64,000 bases of DNA, from the NCBI GenBank assembly GCA_035295425.1, contig DATGJB010000003.1, forward strand, positions 213 to 64,212. The letters are read 5' to 3'. This DNA is from Chloroflexota bacterium. GTDB taxonomy: Bacteria; Chloroflexota; UBA5177. Within the stretch, counting starts at the first letter, position 1; each line of letters begins with the position of its first letter. Shown here in pieces: positions 10,622 through 20,379 of the stretch. Below the pieces are notes generated by a model, which made no database searches, was not told the origin of the DNA, and saw only the letters and a list, made by a program, of their open reading frames with translations. Made by a program: the position numbers and the translations under genes.

Positions 10622-11152
10622 TTGAACGGCGTCGAGAGCGTCGTCTTCTGGATTGCCGCGATTTCGGCTGTCGTCAGCGGAATCGGGGTCGTCACGGCGC
10701 GCAGCGCAATCTATAGCGCGCTGTCGCTCATCGTGACGCTCGCGCAGCTTGCCGTTCTCTACCTCTTGCTCAACGCCCAGTTCATCGCGGCTGCCCAGAT
10801 CCTGATTTACGCCGGCGCAGTCATGGTGCTCTTCCTGTTCGTGATCACGCTGCTGGGCGTGCAGGACCTCGGGTTTATGGGCCAGCATCTCCCGGGCCAG
10901 CGCGTGCTCAGCGTGCTGTTTGCCGGCGTGCTGCTGCTCGGTGTGGTGTTCTTCGTCGCGCAGTCGCCGCATGCGATCACCGGGGCGAGAGCCGGCTTCA
11001 ACGCGCAGCTCGACCGCGGCAACGTGGAGGCATTTGGATCTCAGCTCTTTACCGTCTTCGTGTTTCCATTTGAGGCCACGACGCTGCTCCTGATCGTGGC
11101 GATGATCGGTGCGGTAGCGCTCGGCCGGCGCCGCGGACGGCAGCAATCGTGA
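10622..11152 (+). CDS. nuoJ: NADH-quinone oxidoreductase subunit J
   Basis: TTG start with GGAAGGAG 8 nt upstream. Hydrophobic 176-aa protein in the conserved nuo position. Confidence 0.8.
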   Translation: MNGVESVVFWIAAISAVVSGIGVVTARSAIYSALSLIVTLAQLAVLYLLLNAQFIAAAQILIYAGAVMVLFLFVITLLGVQDLGFMGQHLPGQRVLSVLFAGVLLLGVVFFVAQSPHAITGARAGFNAQLDRGNVEAFGSQLFTVFVFPFEATTLLLIVAMIGAVALGRRRGRQQS

Positions 11153-11454
11153 CTCCCGGCCCGGAGCACTTCCTTGTTCTGAGCGCGATCCTCTTCAGCC
11201 TGGGAACGCTTGGAGTTCTGGTGCGGCGCGATCCGCTCATCATGTTCATGTCGATCGAGCTAATGCTCAATTCGGTCAATCTGACGTTTGTGACCTTCTC
11301 GCACTACCTCAGCTCGGCCGACGGGCAGATGTTCGTTTTCATCATCATCACCGTGGCAGCTGCCGAAGTCGTGGTGGGGCTGGCGCTCATTGTCTCCATA
11401 TTCCAGACCCGACACGCGGTCGACGTGGACGAGCTCGACGAGATGCGAGGGTAG
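11149..11454 (+). CDS. nuoK: NADH-quinone oxidoreductase subunit K
   Basis: 101 aa, 3 TM. GTGA start/stop overlap with nuoJ. LSAILFSLGTLGVL...IELMLNSVNL motif. Confidence 0.85.
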   Translation: MTPGPEHFLVLSAILFSLGTLGVLVRRDPLIMFMSIELMLNSVNLTFVTFSHYLSSADGQMFVFIIITVAAAEVVVGLALIVSIFQTRHAVDVDELDEMRG

Positions 11455-11459
11455 CGGGC

Positions 11460-13403
11460 GTGCAGCATTTGATCTGGGGCGTCCTGCTCTTCCCGCTCGC
11501 GGGATTCGTGGTCAATACCCTCTGGCAGCGGCTCCGCGGCGATGCCGTGGCATGGATTGGGCCAGGATCCGTCTTCCTCGCCTTCATCTGCGCGCTCGGG
11601 TGTTTCGCCTGGCTTCAGGGGCAGTCGGAAGCCACTCGCTACGCGGATGAGATCGGCTGGCGGTGGGCGCTTGCCGGGCAGTTCCGGCTCGATTTCGGTC
11701 TGCAGCTAGACACCCTTTCCTCCACCATGAGTCTGATCGTCACCGGAGTGGGCTTCCTGATCCTGGTGTATGCGACCGGCTACATGTCGGGCGAGCACAG
11801 CTTCACGGCCGGCCGTGACGGGTATCGCCGGTTCTTCTCTCAGATGGATCTGTTCATCTTCACCATGCTGCTCCTCGTCCTCGCCGACAACTACCTGTGG
11901 CTGCTCGTCGGCTGGGCAGGCGTGGGCCTGACCTCGTACCTCCTGATCGGGTTCTATTTCGACCGGCCATCCGCGGTAAAGGCAGCTCGGAAGGCCTTCG
12001 TGATGAACGTGATCGGAGACTGGGGTCTCATGGTCGCGATCTTCATGATGTTCATCCTCTTCGGAGGCGTGGACTTCCGGACGGTCTTCTCGCACGCCCA
12101 CACACTTCCGTTCAACGGAACCGTGATCACCGTCATGTGTCTACTTCTTCTGGTGGGAGCGGTAGCAAAGTCTGCCCAGCTTCCGCTGTATACCTGGCTC
12201 CCCGATGCGATGGAAGGGCCCACGCCGGTGAGTGCGCTCATCCATGCCGCGACCATGGTAACAGCCGGTGTGTATCTGGTAGCGAGGTCTTATCCTATCT
12301 ACCAGCAGAGTCCGATCGGTCTTCACACGGTGGCCTTCATAGGCGCGATCGGCACGATTTTCGCCGCCGGACTGGGTCTGGCCAACAACGACATCAAACG
12401 CATTCTGGCCTACTCGACCATGAGTCAGATCGCGTATATGTTCGTCGGCGTGGGAGTGGCAGTCTACTCGGCCGGCATCTTCCATTTGCTCGAGCATGCC
12501 TTTTTCAAGGCGCTCCTTTTCATGGGCGCAGGAGCCGTCATGCAAGCAATGCATGAGGAGCTCGACATCCAGAAGATGGGCGGATTGAAGTCGCGCCTGC
12601 CCTTCACCTACTGGACGTTCCTGATCGGAGTGCTCGCCATCATCGGCACGCCTGGATTCTCGGGGTTCTTCAGCAAGGAGGATGTCATCGGCGCCGCGTA
12701 CGCCCGGGCATCGCATGGCGACCCGGTCCTCTGGATTGTCTGGGCGTTGGCCGTGATCACGGCCGGTCTCACGGCGATCTACATGTTCCGGCTGTTCTTC
12801 CTGGTGTTCCACGGACAGAGCCGGGACCCGGGTCTGGCGGCGCACGCGCACGATCCGCAGCCGTCGATGCGGATACCCATGGCGGTTCTCGCCGTGCTCT
12901 CTGTCGTGGGAGGCTGGATCTCGATTCCGGGTGTCTACAACGAGATGGAGGCCTGGCTGTCGAGCACCCTGCACCGATATCCGGTGCGCGGACCGGCCCT
13001 CGTGCCTCAGCCTTTCGAGCCGGTCTCGTTGATCCTCACACTCGCTGTAACGCTTGCCGGCTTCCTTGTGGCGTGGCAGATCTACTACCGACGGTCCCCC
13101 AGCCCGCAGCGTGTCGCCTCGATGGCGCCCGGCCTTTATCGCTTCATGGCCCATCGATACTACGTGGATGAGCTCTATGAACTGCTCATCGTCAGACCGA
13201 TCAAAGTAGCCGCCTCGGCGCTCAACCGCTTCTTTGAGCTGGATTTTGTGGACGCCACTGTCGACTTCGCGGCCGCGGCGGTGACCTGGTCCAGCCGTCG
13301 GATGCGGGTCGCCCAGACAGGCTACGTGCGGAACTATGCGCTCGCCATTCTTTTCGGCGCGGTTCTTCTTGTCGGCTACTACTTCACGGGTCTGGGGCGC
13401 TGA
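11460..13403 (+). CDS. nuoL: NADH-quinone oxidoreductase subunit L
   Basis: 647 aa antiporter-like subunit. WLPDAMEGPTPVSALIHAATMVTAGVYL motif. GTG start. Confidence 0.9.
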   Translation: MQHLIWGVLLFPLAGFVVNTLWQRLRGDAVAWIGPGSVFLAFICALGCFAWLQGQSEATRYADEIGWRWALAGQFRLDFGLQLDTLSSTMSLIVTGVGFLILVYATGYMSGEHSFTAGRDGYRRFFSQMDLFIFTMLLLVLADNYLWLLVGWAGVGLTSYLLIGFYFDRPSAVKAARKAFVMNVIGDWGLMVAIFMMFILFGGVDFRTVFSHAHTLPFNGTVITVMCLLLLVGAVAKSAQLPLYTWLPDAMEGPTPVSALIHAATMVTAGVYLVARSYPIYQQSPIGLHTVAFIGAIGTIFAAGLGLANNDIKRILAYSTMSQIAYMFVGVGVAVYSAGIFHLLEHAFFKALLFMGAGAVMQAMHEELDIQKMGGLKSRLPFTYWTFLIGVLAIIGTPGFSGFFSKEDVIGAAYARASHGDPVLWIVWALAVITAGLTAIYMFRLFFLVFHGQSRDPGLAAHAHDPQPSMRIPMAVLAVLSVVGGWISIPGVYNEMEAWLSSTLHRYPVRGPALVPQPFEPVSLILTLAVTLAGFLVAWQIYYRRSPSPQRVASMAPGLYRFMAHRYYVDELYELLIVRPIKVAASALNRFFELDFVDATVDFAAAAVTWSSRRMRVAQTGYVRNYALAILFGAVLLVGYYFTGLGR

Positions 13404-13404
13404 G

Positions 13405-14994
13405 ATGCCCATCACCGGGAACGCAATCGGCATACCTCTGTTGACGATCATTCTTGGGCTACCGGCGGCTGCCGCGGTTCTCTGCATGTTCGTCGACGAT
13501 GAGCGGGCGATCCGACTGATCGCCGTGATAGCTGCCGTCGCCGACTTCGTGCTGGCGGCCATCATGCTCGTCAAGCTGGCTGTGCGCCCGTCCGGCGGGT
13601 GGGTGTTCCAGTTTGCCGACCGGCACGACTGGGTATCCACGCTCGGCATCACCTACTGGATTGGCGTCGACGGGATCGCCGCCTTCCTGGTAGCTCTCAC
13701 CGCCCTGATTTTTGCCATCGGAATCGTCGCGTCGGTCTACATGATCGTCGACCGGGTGAAGCTGTTTATGACCTTCATGCTTTTCCTGGAGGCGGCGGTC
13801 CTCGGCGTCTTCATGTCGGTGAATCTCTTCCTCTTTTTTGTGTTCTGGGAAGCGATGCTGATTCCCAGCTACTTCTTGCTGGGAATGTGGGGGGAGGAAC
13901 GGCGCGTCTACGCGACGACGAAATTCGTGCTGTACACCGTCCTCGGCAGCTTCTTCATGCTGGTGGCAATCTTCTACCTGTGGACGCAGACGGGCACCCT
14001 GGACATGGCCGGTCCACACGGCCTGGTGGCGCACCCGATCTCCGGAGCGGCGCAGTACTGGCTCTTCCTGGCCTTCGCCATTGCCTTTGCCATCAAGATG
14101 CCGATCTGGCCCTTCCATAGCTGGGCACCCACTGCCTATACGGAGTCGCCGATCCCTTTCCTCGTCGTGCTGTCGGGCATTCTCTCGAAGGCCGGAGCGT
14201 TCGGATTCATTCGCTACTGTTTACCGCTGTTTCCGGAAGCAACGCGGGCGTTCGCGGGGACACTTTCAGTGCTGGCGATCATCGGAATGCTGTACGCCGC
14301 CGGATTGGCACTGGTGCAAACCGACATCAAGCGCCTGGTCGCGTACGCCAGTATCAGTCACATGAATCTCATCGCACTCGGCATCTTTTCTCTGAATGCC
14401 ACCGGACTCGACGGCTCCACGTTACAGATGGTGAACCACAGTGTCATCATCACGGGGCTGTTCCTGGCAGTGGCTTTCATAGTGGCGCGAAGCGGCACCC
14501 GCATGTTGACCGACATGGGCGGCATGGGAGCCCGTTGGCCAATTCTTATGTGGGTATTCTTCGTCTTCGTTCTCGCCGGCCTGGACCTTCCCGGACTGGG
14601 CTCGTTCTCGGGTGAGTTCCTGATTCTGGCAGGCGTGTTCAGGTCGAACGCCTGGTACTCGGCCATCGCGGCGCTGACCGTCATCCTGGCTGCGTGGTAT
14701 ATGATTCGACTCTTCCAGCGGACGATGAATGGTCCGCAGGTGGTGTCACCGGAAGCCGTGGCGGCAACTGCCGATCGGCCGGACCGCACGCCCTACCAGT
14801 ACCCGGTGGTACGTCGCCTCATCAGTAACGACCTTCTACCACGGGAGTTGGTGTTGCTGGTGCCATTACTCGCGCTGGTGCTGTACATCGGCGTGCAGCC
14901 GGACCCGGTGACCACCAGGCTGAATGCCACCACCAATCAGACGGCTTCGCTGGTCCACCGCTCGACGTCGACCGTCGCGGGAGCGGCGCCTTGA
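13405..14994 (+). CDS. nuoM: NADH-quinone oxidoreductase subunit M
   Basis: ORF 13336..14994. ATG at 13405 lies 2 nt after the nuoL stop. Antiporter-like fold (FFVFWEAMLIPSYFL, WPFHSWAPTAYTESP). Confidence 0.9.
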   Translation: MPITGNAIGIPLLTIILGLPAAAAVLCMFVDDERAIRLIAVIAAVADFVLAAIMLVKLAVRPSGGWVFQFADRHDWVSTLGITYWIGVDGIAAFLVALTALIFAIGIVASVYMIVDRVKLFMTFMLFLEAAVLGVFMSVNLFLFFVFWEAMLIPSYFLLGMWGEERRVYATTKFVLYTVLGSFFMLVAIFYLWTQTGTLDMAGPHGLVAHPISGAAQYWLFLAFAIAFAIKMPIWPFHSWAPTAYTESPIPFLVVLSGILSKAGAFGFIRYCLPLFPEATRAFAGTLSVLAIIGMLYAAGLALVQTDIKRLVAYASISHMNLIALGIFSLNATGLDGSTLQMVNHSVIITGLFLAVAFIVARSGTRMLTDMGGMGARWPILMWVFFVFVLAGLDLPGLGSFSGEFLILAGVFRSNAWYSAIAALTVILAAWYMIRLFQRTMNGPQVVSPEAVAATADRPDRTPYQYPVVRRLISNDLLPRELVLLVPLLALVLYIGVQPDPVTTRLNATTNQTASLVHRSTSTVAGAAP

Positions 14995-16499
14995 TGCTTG
15001 GCGTTACGGCCCTCCATGTTCTCGTCGGGCGGACCGACTGGGGATCGATACTGCCCGAGCTGATTGTCGGCGGGGCCGTCCTGCTCCTGCTGCTTGCCGA
15101 CGTGTTTATCACCGAGCGTCGGATCGAAGTCACTACCGGTATAAGCCTGGTGGCCCTGGTGGCTGCGTTTGTCGCCTGCATGAATCTGTGGCACACCGGC
15201 CAGCCCTTTGCGTTTTACGGGATGGTGTCGAGCGATCGCTTCTCGATTTTCTTCGACTACGTCATCTTGCTGTCGGCTTTTCTGGCGGTATTGCTTTCGC
15301 CGAGCTACATTGAGCGGTCCGGCTTCGACCCGGGCGACTATTACGCGCTGCTGCTGGCCTCGACCACCGGCATGATGCTCATGGCGGCGTCGATCAGCCT
15401 GATCATGATCTTCCTGTCGCTCGAGCTTCTGTCCCTGGCCCTCTACATTCTGTCGGGCTTCGCTCGGTCCAGTCCCCGCTCGCAGGAAGCGGGCTTCAAG
15501 TACTTCCTCCTCAGCTCCTTCGCGTCTGCATTTCTCGTGTACGGCATGGCACTGATTTACGGGGCGACCGGCTCGACACAGCTCTACTTCATCGGCGCCT
15601 GCCTCCATGGCTTCCCGTATTGTCAGGCGGCTGCAGCGACCAGCCCGCTGCTCTACGTCGGCATCGGGCTGATGGCGGTGGGATTCGCATTTAAGGTTTC
15701 AGTCGTGCCATTCCACATGTGGACACCGGACGTGTACGAGGGTGCGCCGACTCCGATCACAGCCTTCATGTCGGTAACGACCAAGGCGGCTGTGTTCGCG
15801 GCATTCATGCGCGTGTTCAATTTCACCTTCGCGACTGTGTCTTCGCGCTGGTTCGGGCTCATCTGGGCGCTTGCGATTGTGACGATGATCGTGGGCAACG
15901 TGATTGCATTGAGCCAGACCAACATGAAGCGGCTCCTCGCGTATTCCGGCATCGCTCATGCCGGCTATCTGCTCGTTGCGCTGTCGGCAAACAGCGCGGC
16001 CGGCGAAACCGCCGTGGCGTTTTACTTCCTGGCGTACCTGTTCATGAACATCGGCGCCTTCATCCTGGTGAGTGTCCTCGAGAGCCGTGGGGAAGCAGGG
16101 GATGAGATCGCGACATACCGCGGTCTCTGGTACCGGAACCCGGCGCTGGCAGCCGCGACGGCAGTATTCATGTTCTCGCTCGCCGGGTTTCCCCCGACTG
16201 CCGGATTCTTCGCGAAGTACCTGGTGTTCCTTTCGGCGGTGCAGTCGGGTCACACGGAGCTAGCCATCATCGGGGTGATTGCGAGTCTCATCTCGATGGC
16301 GTACTATCTTCGCGTCGTAGCCGTCATGTTCATGCAGGCCGAAGGAGAGGCGCGGCCCGAGGCGCCGATACCGGGGGCTGCCGACATAGCGATGGCCGCC
16401 ACGGTCGCGGGGTCCATCGGCCTCGGGATTCTACCGACCGGGTTCTTCAACCTCGCCACGCAGGGTGTCGACGCGATCCGCACCATATTTGGCCTCTAG
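14994..16499 (+). CDS. nuoN: NADH-quinone oxidoreductase subunit N
   Basis: ATG at 14994 overlaps the nuoM TGA by 1 nt (TTG at 14991 is an alternative start). PFHMWTPDVYEGAPTPITAFMSV motif. Confidence 0.85.
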   Translation: MLGVTALHVLVGRTDWGSILPELIVGGAVLLLLLADVFITERRIEVTTGISLVALVAAFVACMNLWHTGQPFAFYGMVSSDRFSIFFDYVILLSAFLAVLLSPSYIERSGFDPGDYYALLLASTTGMMLMAASISLIMIFLSLELLSLALYILSGFARSSPRSQEAGFKYFLLSSFASAFLVYGMALIYGATGSTQLYFIGACLHGFPYCQAAAATSPLLYVGIGLMAVGFAFKVSVVPFHMWTPDVYEGAPTPITAFMSVTTKAAVFAAFMRVFNFTFATVSSRWFGLIWALAIVTMIVGNVIALSQTNMKRLLAYSGIAHAGYLLVALSANSAAGETAVAFYFLAYLFMNIGAFILVSVLESRGEAGDEIATYRGLWYRNPALAAATAVFMFSLAGFPPTAGFFAKYLVFLSAVQSGHTELAIIGVIASLISMAYYLRVVAVMFMQAEGEARPEAPIPGAADIAMAATVAGSIGLGILPTGFFNLATQGVDAIRTIFGL

Positions 16500-16510
16500 A
16501 GGAGCCGCCG

Positions 16511-17806
16511 GTGGAAGACGAGAAATTCGACGCGATCGTGGTGGGCGCCGGCCCGGCCGGGTCGGCCGCGGCCCTCACCATGGCGCGAGCCGGCATGAGC
16601 GTCGTCATGTTCGAACGCGGAGCTCAGCCGGGCACGAAGAACATGATGGGCGGCGTGATGTTTCGTGAAGCGACCGAGGCGGTGTTCGGTAAGTTCTGGG
16701 AAGCCGGCGTGGTAGAACGGCCGGTCATCGAGCAGCGGCTGTGGATGCTGGGCCAGGAATCGGCGGTCCAGGCGGGGTTCCGTACTGAGGCGTTCGCTCG
16801 GGCTCCGTACAACGCCTTCACGGTTTTGCGCGCCAGGACGGACCCCTACTTCGCAAGCCTGGCGGAGGAGGCAGGGGCCTATCTGATCAACGAAACGCAG
16901 GTCACCGATTTACTTTCCCGCGACGGAAAGATCGTCGGGGTGCGAACCGGCCGGGAAGGCGACCTTTTCGCCGATGTCGTGCTGGACGCTGAGGGAGTCA
17001 ACGCGTTCGCGGCGGTGAAGGCCGGCCTACGCAAGGACTACACGATGGAGGACTCGGCACTCGCCGTGAAAGAAGTTCACGCTCTGCCGAGGGAAGTCAT
17101 TAACGAACGCTTCAACGTCAGCGACGATGAGGGCGTCACGATTCTCATCCTCGGCGAATTCTCCCGGGAAATGATGGCCAGCGGATTCATCTACACCAAC
17201 AAAGACACTCTGTCGGTCGGTGTGGGCGCCATCACCAGCCACATGGTCGAGACGAAGACACGGCCTCACGACCTGATCGAGGCGATGAAGGCTCATCCCG
17301 CGGTGAAGCCACTTCTCCGGGGCTCGGAAATCAAGGAGTACATGGCGCACCTGATTCCGGAGGTGAAATTCGCCGAGCTTCCCCGTCCCTACGGCGACGG
17401 GTACATGCTGCTCGGCGACGCAGCCGGGTTCGTGAACTTCATGTACCAGGAGGGCTCAAATCTCGCGATCACGAGCGGAAAGCTCGCGGGCGAGACCGCG
17501 ATTGCAGCGCACCAACAGGGTGACTATTCGGCGGAAGCTCTGTCCCTCTACCAGCGGAAGCTGGAGGACAGCTTCGTACTGAAGGATCTGAAAGACTTAC
17601 GAAACGCGCCCGGCTTCTTCCGCTCCCATCGGGAGTTCTTCGGGACCTATCCCCGGATTCTCAATCAGGCGGCTGAGGAGCTCCTGACCGTCGATAACCT
17701 CTCCAAGCGCGCACGCCGAAGCGAGATCTTCCGCATGGTGAGGCGGCATCGGCCGCTGTGGCGAATTGGGCGGGACGTGCTCGAGGGCATCCTCGCGTTT
17801 CGCTGA
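16511..17806 (+). CDS. fixC: FAD-dependent oxidoreductase, FixC / ETF-quinone oxidoreductase-like (geranylgeranyl-reductase superfamily)
   Basis: GTG start 12 nt after the nuoN stop, with AGGAGC RBS. N-terminal FAD dinucleotide fold DAIVVGAGPAGSAAALTMARAGMSVVMFERG. Length 431 aa and internal motifs (KNMMGGV, LLGDAAGFVNF) typical of FixC/ETF-QO homologues. Confidence 0.7.
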   Translation: MEDEKFDAIVVGAGPAGSAAALTMARAGMSVVMFERGAQPGTKNMMGGVMFREATEAVFGKFWEAGVVERPVIEQRLWMLGQESAVQAGFRTEAFARAPYNAFTVLRARTDPYFASLAEEAGAYLINETQVTDLLSRDGKIVGVRTGREGDLFADVVLDAEGVNAFAAVKAGLRKDYTMEDSALAVKEVHALPREVINERFNVSDDEGVTILILGEFSREMMASGFIYTNKDTLSVGVGAITSHMVETKTRPHDLIEAMKAHPAVKPLLRGSEIKEYMAHLIPEVKFAELPRPYGDGYMLLGDAAGFVNFMYQEGSNLAITSGKLAGETAIAAHQQGDYSAEALSLYQRKLEDSFVLKDLKDLRNAPGFFRSHREFFGTYPRILNQAAEELLTVDNLSKRARRSEIFRMVRRHRPLWRIGRDVLEGILAFR

Positions 17807-17855
17807 CCAAAACGCCGCGACCCCGACCGGGAGACGTTACGCAGTCACCGCTCGT

Positions 17856-19142
17856 TCAGGCGTAATACACGGTCGCGAGGCCGATGATGAGCAGAAACAC
17901 GCCGGTCAGACTGAGAGTGGCGGGCGTCCCGATCAGGGCGGCGATGCCTCCGATGAGCACGAGGGGCGGGATTGCCATGGCAGCCGTGAGCGTTTGCTGC
18001 ATGGCGAGGACGCGGCCCCGGATCTCCGGGCGAGCGCGCTGTTGAACGATGGTCTGTACCGGTGCATTGATAAAGGCCACCTCTACTCCCATGAGCACGG
18101 TGATCGGTATCGTGGTAAGCGTCAGCCGGACGCCGTGGGGCACGTGCCAGCCCAGGCGATCGACGGCCTGCCACCCCTCCGCCAGGGTGGGCACCGAGGC
18201 AAGTCCGATGACGGTGACGCCCAGGGCGATAAGCGCAACGAGTACCAGCCGATCCTTGCGTAGCTTATATCCCCAGTGACCGAGTATGAGCAAGCCGATT
18301 CCCAGACCGAGTCCGGCCGGCGCGAGCAAGAAGAAGAGGGCGGTACTCGTCTGGCCGACGTGCAGGGTGTGCGTGAGGAAGTCCGGGCCCACCTCCGCGA
18401 GCACGAGCAGCAGCGTTGGCGCCAGTGCAATCTGGAAGAGCGCCACGGCAAGTGGCGGGTCCTGGATGATGTAGCTCATCACCTCGCGAAGGTCGTTCCA
18501 GACATGGCGCGCGAGCTCCAGCATGGTAACGTCGCCGACCGGGGCGTGGCGCCGGGTGACCGCGGGGAGAGGGATAAGCACGACGGCGGCAAACGCGAAC
18601 AACACAGACAGTCCGATGAGGGTGTTTCGCGTCCCAAAAATGCCGAGGGCGATGGGGGCGAGCGCGAACCCCACCGCCTGAGACGCCATAAACGTTGTCT
18701 GAAATAGCGAATTTGCCGTGATTAGCTGGTCGCCTTCAACCAGCAGGGGAAGCGTTGAGCCCTCGGCCGGGGCAAACGGCTGGCTTACCACCGCGACAAG
18801 GAACGTGACGAGATAGAGACCGCCGACGTTCGACTCAAAGAGCATGTAGAGAAGCACGCCGCCGACGCGGATAACGTTGGTGCCGATAAGAATCGAGCGC
18901 TTCGATACGCGATCCACCAGGACACCGGACACACTGCTGAACAACACGGTCGGAATCTGGACCAAAACAATGGTGAAACCGATGCCGGCCGGCGTCTGTC
19001 CTGTTAGATGACCCACGAGGATGATCAGGACGTACCAGAGGCTGTTTTGGGCCGTTTGAGACGCAAGCTGCGCGGTCCAGATGCTGAGGAAGTTGCGGTT
19101 TCGCAGCACGCTGCTGAAACCGGCCCTTCCCGTCGGACTCAC
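17856..19142 (-). CDS. MFS transporter (EntS/efflux-like, 12 TM)
   Basis: ORF 17856..19262. N-terminal motif RNRNFLSIWTAQLAS typical of MFS exporters, followed by many TM helices. Start uncertain: the listed Met would overlap the upstream GT gene by 89 nt, so a GTG near 19142 (VSPTGRAGFSSVLRNRNF) is proposed. Confidence 0.6.
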   Translation of the reverse strand: MSPTGRAGFSSVLRNRNFLSIWTAQLASQTAQNSLWYVLIILVGHLTGQTPAGIGFTIVLVQIPTVLFSSVSGVLVDRVSKRSILIGTNVIRVGGVLLYMLFESNVGGLYLVTFLVAVVSQPFAPAEGSTLPLLVEGDQLITANSLFQTTFMASQAVGFALAPIALGIFGTRNTLIGLSVLFAFAAVVLIPLPAVTRRHAPVGDVTMLELARHVWNDLREVMSYIIQDPPLAVALFQIALAPTLLLVLAEVGPDFLTHTLHVGQTSTALFFLLAPAGLGLGIGLLILGHWGYKLRKDRLVLVALIALGVTVIGLASVPTLAEGWQAVDRLGWHVPHGVRLTLTTIPITVLMGVEVAFINAPVQTIVQQRARPEIRGRVLAMQQTLTAAMAIPPLVLIGGIAALIGTPATLSLTGVFLLIIGLATVYYA

Positions 19143-19173
19143 GTGGTCATCCGGCCGGCCGGACGGCGTCAGG

Positions 19174-20379
19174 TCACCGGCCCGGGAAAGCGGCTCGCTC
19201 ACTGCGTTGCGTACCTCGTGCTCGTTCTGCCGTGGTCCGGAGCAGGCGCTCGTACGCGTCAATGGATTGTGCCAGATGGTGTCGAAGGGAGGTGCGCCTT
19301 GCCGCGTCTGACTGTCGGGCTCTGAGCTCCGCGCTGCTCAGGATTTGCCCAAGCCCCAGAGCGGCGGCCCGGTCATCTCCCGCCGGGAAGAGGAAACCGT
19401 TCACCCCGTCCTGGACAAGCTCCGGCAGCGCCCCGGCGTTCGCCGCCACCACCGGCAGTCCGCTCGCCAGTGCCTCGAGGGTGCTTATACTCTGCAGCTC
19501 GACCGGCGAGGTAATGCAATAGACGCTGGCAAGACGGTAGATGACAGGTAGCTCGTCGCCCGACACGTACCCGATGAAACGAGTTCTCTCCCCGAGGCCA
19601 AGCGACCGCGCCATCCTCTCCAGCTCCGATCGGTCCGCGCCCTCACCGCCCACGACGAGCTGGATGTCTCTTTCCGCGGCGACGCGCTGCGTCGCACGCA
19701 GCCAGACATCCATCTGCTTGTCGGCGTCGAGGCGTCCGGTGTACAGGACCGTGGGACGGTTGTCGACTCCAAGGCGCATCATGAGGCGCTCGTCCGGAGG
19801 TCCGGGTTGAAAGCGCTCCGTGTCGATGCCGTTGGAAATTACATCTACCGATCCGGCGAATCCCATGGCGCGAAGCTCGGCAGCAGCGGTGCGGGTTGGT
19901 GTCGCTACGCTTGTCGCTCTGGCCATAAGCCATACGATCCAGCGTCCGAGAAGGTCACTCGTGATCCGGTAGCTCACGCGGGCGTCTCTGAGGCCCCAGA
20001 GCGAGGAGGCGGGTATGGTGTGGTTCGTCGCCAGTACCGGGATTCCCCTTCGGCGCGCAAGAAGCATGGCCGACGCGCTGAGTGGAAACGGATGGTGAGC
20101 GTGGACCACGTCCGGCCTGAAGGTCTGTAACCAGGTGTCTGCGGCCCGCCACGGTGTCGCCGCGACGCGCAGGTCATGCCCCACCGGAAAGGGTAGAGTC
20201 GATGCCCGCGTAATGGGCACTGCATCGACCGTCTCGTGGTACCCAGGGCCGGTTGGACTCGGCACGAGTAGTGAGACCTCGTGACCGCGCTCGGCGAGCC
20301 CGGTGGCAAGATTTCGGAGAAGAGTCGACGGTCCGCCGATCCAGGGATAATAGAAATCGGCGGCGAGGCCGACTCTCAC
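19174..20379 (-). CDS. glycosyltransferase family 4 (GT-B, 'group 1')
   Basis: MRVGLAADFYYPWIGGPSTLLRNLATGLAERGHEVSLLVP N-terminal GT4 signature and C-terminal E-x7-E-like region (ISTLEALASGLPVVAANAGALPELV). GTG start overlaps the TGA of the upstream radical SAM gene (GTGA). Confidence 0.75.
   Translation of the reverse strand: MRVGLAADFYYPWIGGPSTLLRNLATGLAERGHEVSLLVPSPTGPGYHETVDAVPITRASTLPFPVGHDLRVAATPWRAADTWLQTFRPDVVHAHHPFPLSASAMLLARRRGIPVLATNHTIPASSLWGLRDARVSYRITSDLLGRWIVWLMARATSVATPTRTAAAELRAMGFAGSVDVISNGIDTERFQPGPPDERLMMRLGVDNRPTVLYTGRLDADKQMDVWLRATQRVAAERDIQLVVGGEGADRSELERMARSLGLGERTRFIGYVSGDELPVIYRLASVYCITSPVELQSISTLEALASGLPVVAANAGALPELVQDGVNGFLFPAGDDRAAALGLGQILSSAELRARQSDAARRTSLRHHLAQSIDAYERLLRTTAERARGTQRSERAAFPGR

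Noticed and set aside
12141-13652. 503-aa minus-strand ORF antisense to nuoL/nuoM
   Set aside because: Antisense artefact. Sense-strand antiporter-like subunits are intact.
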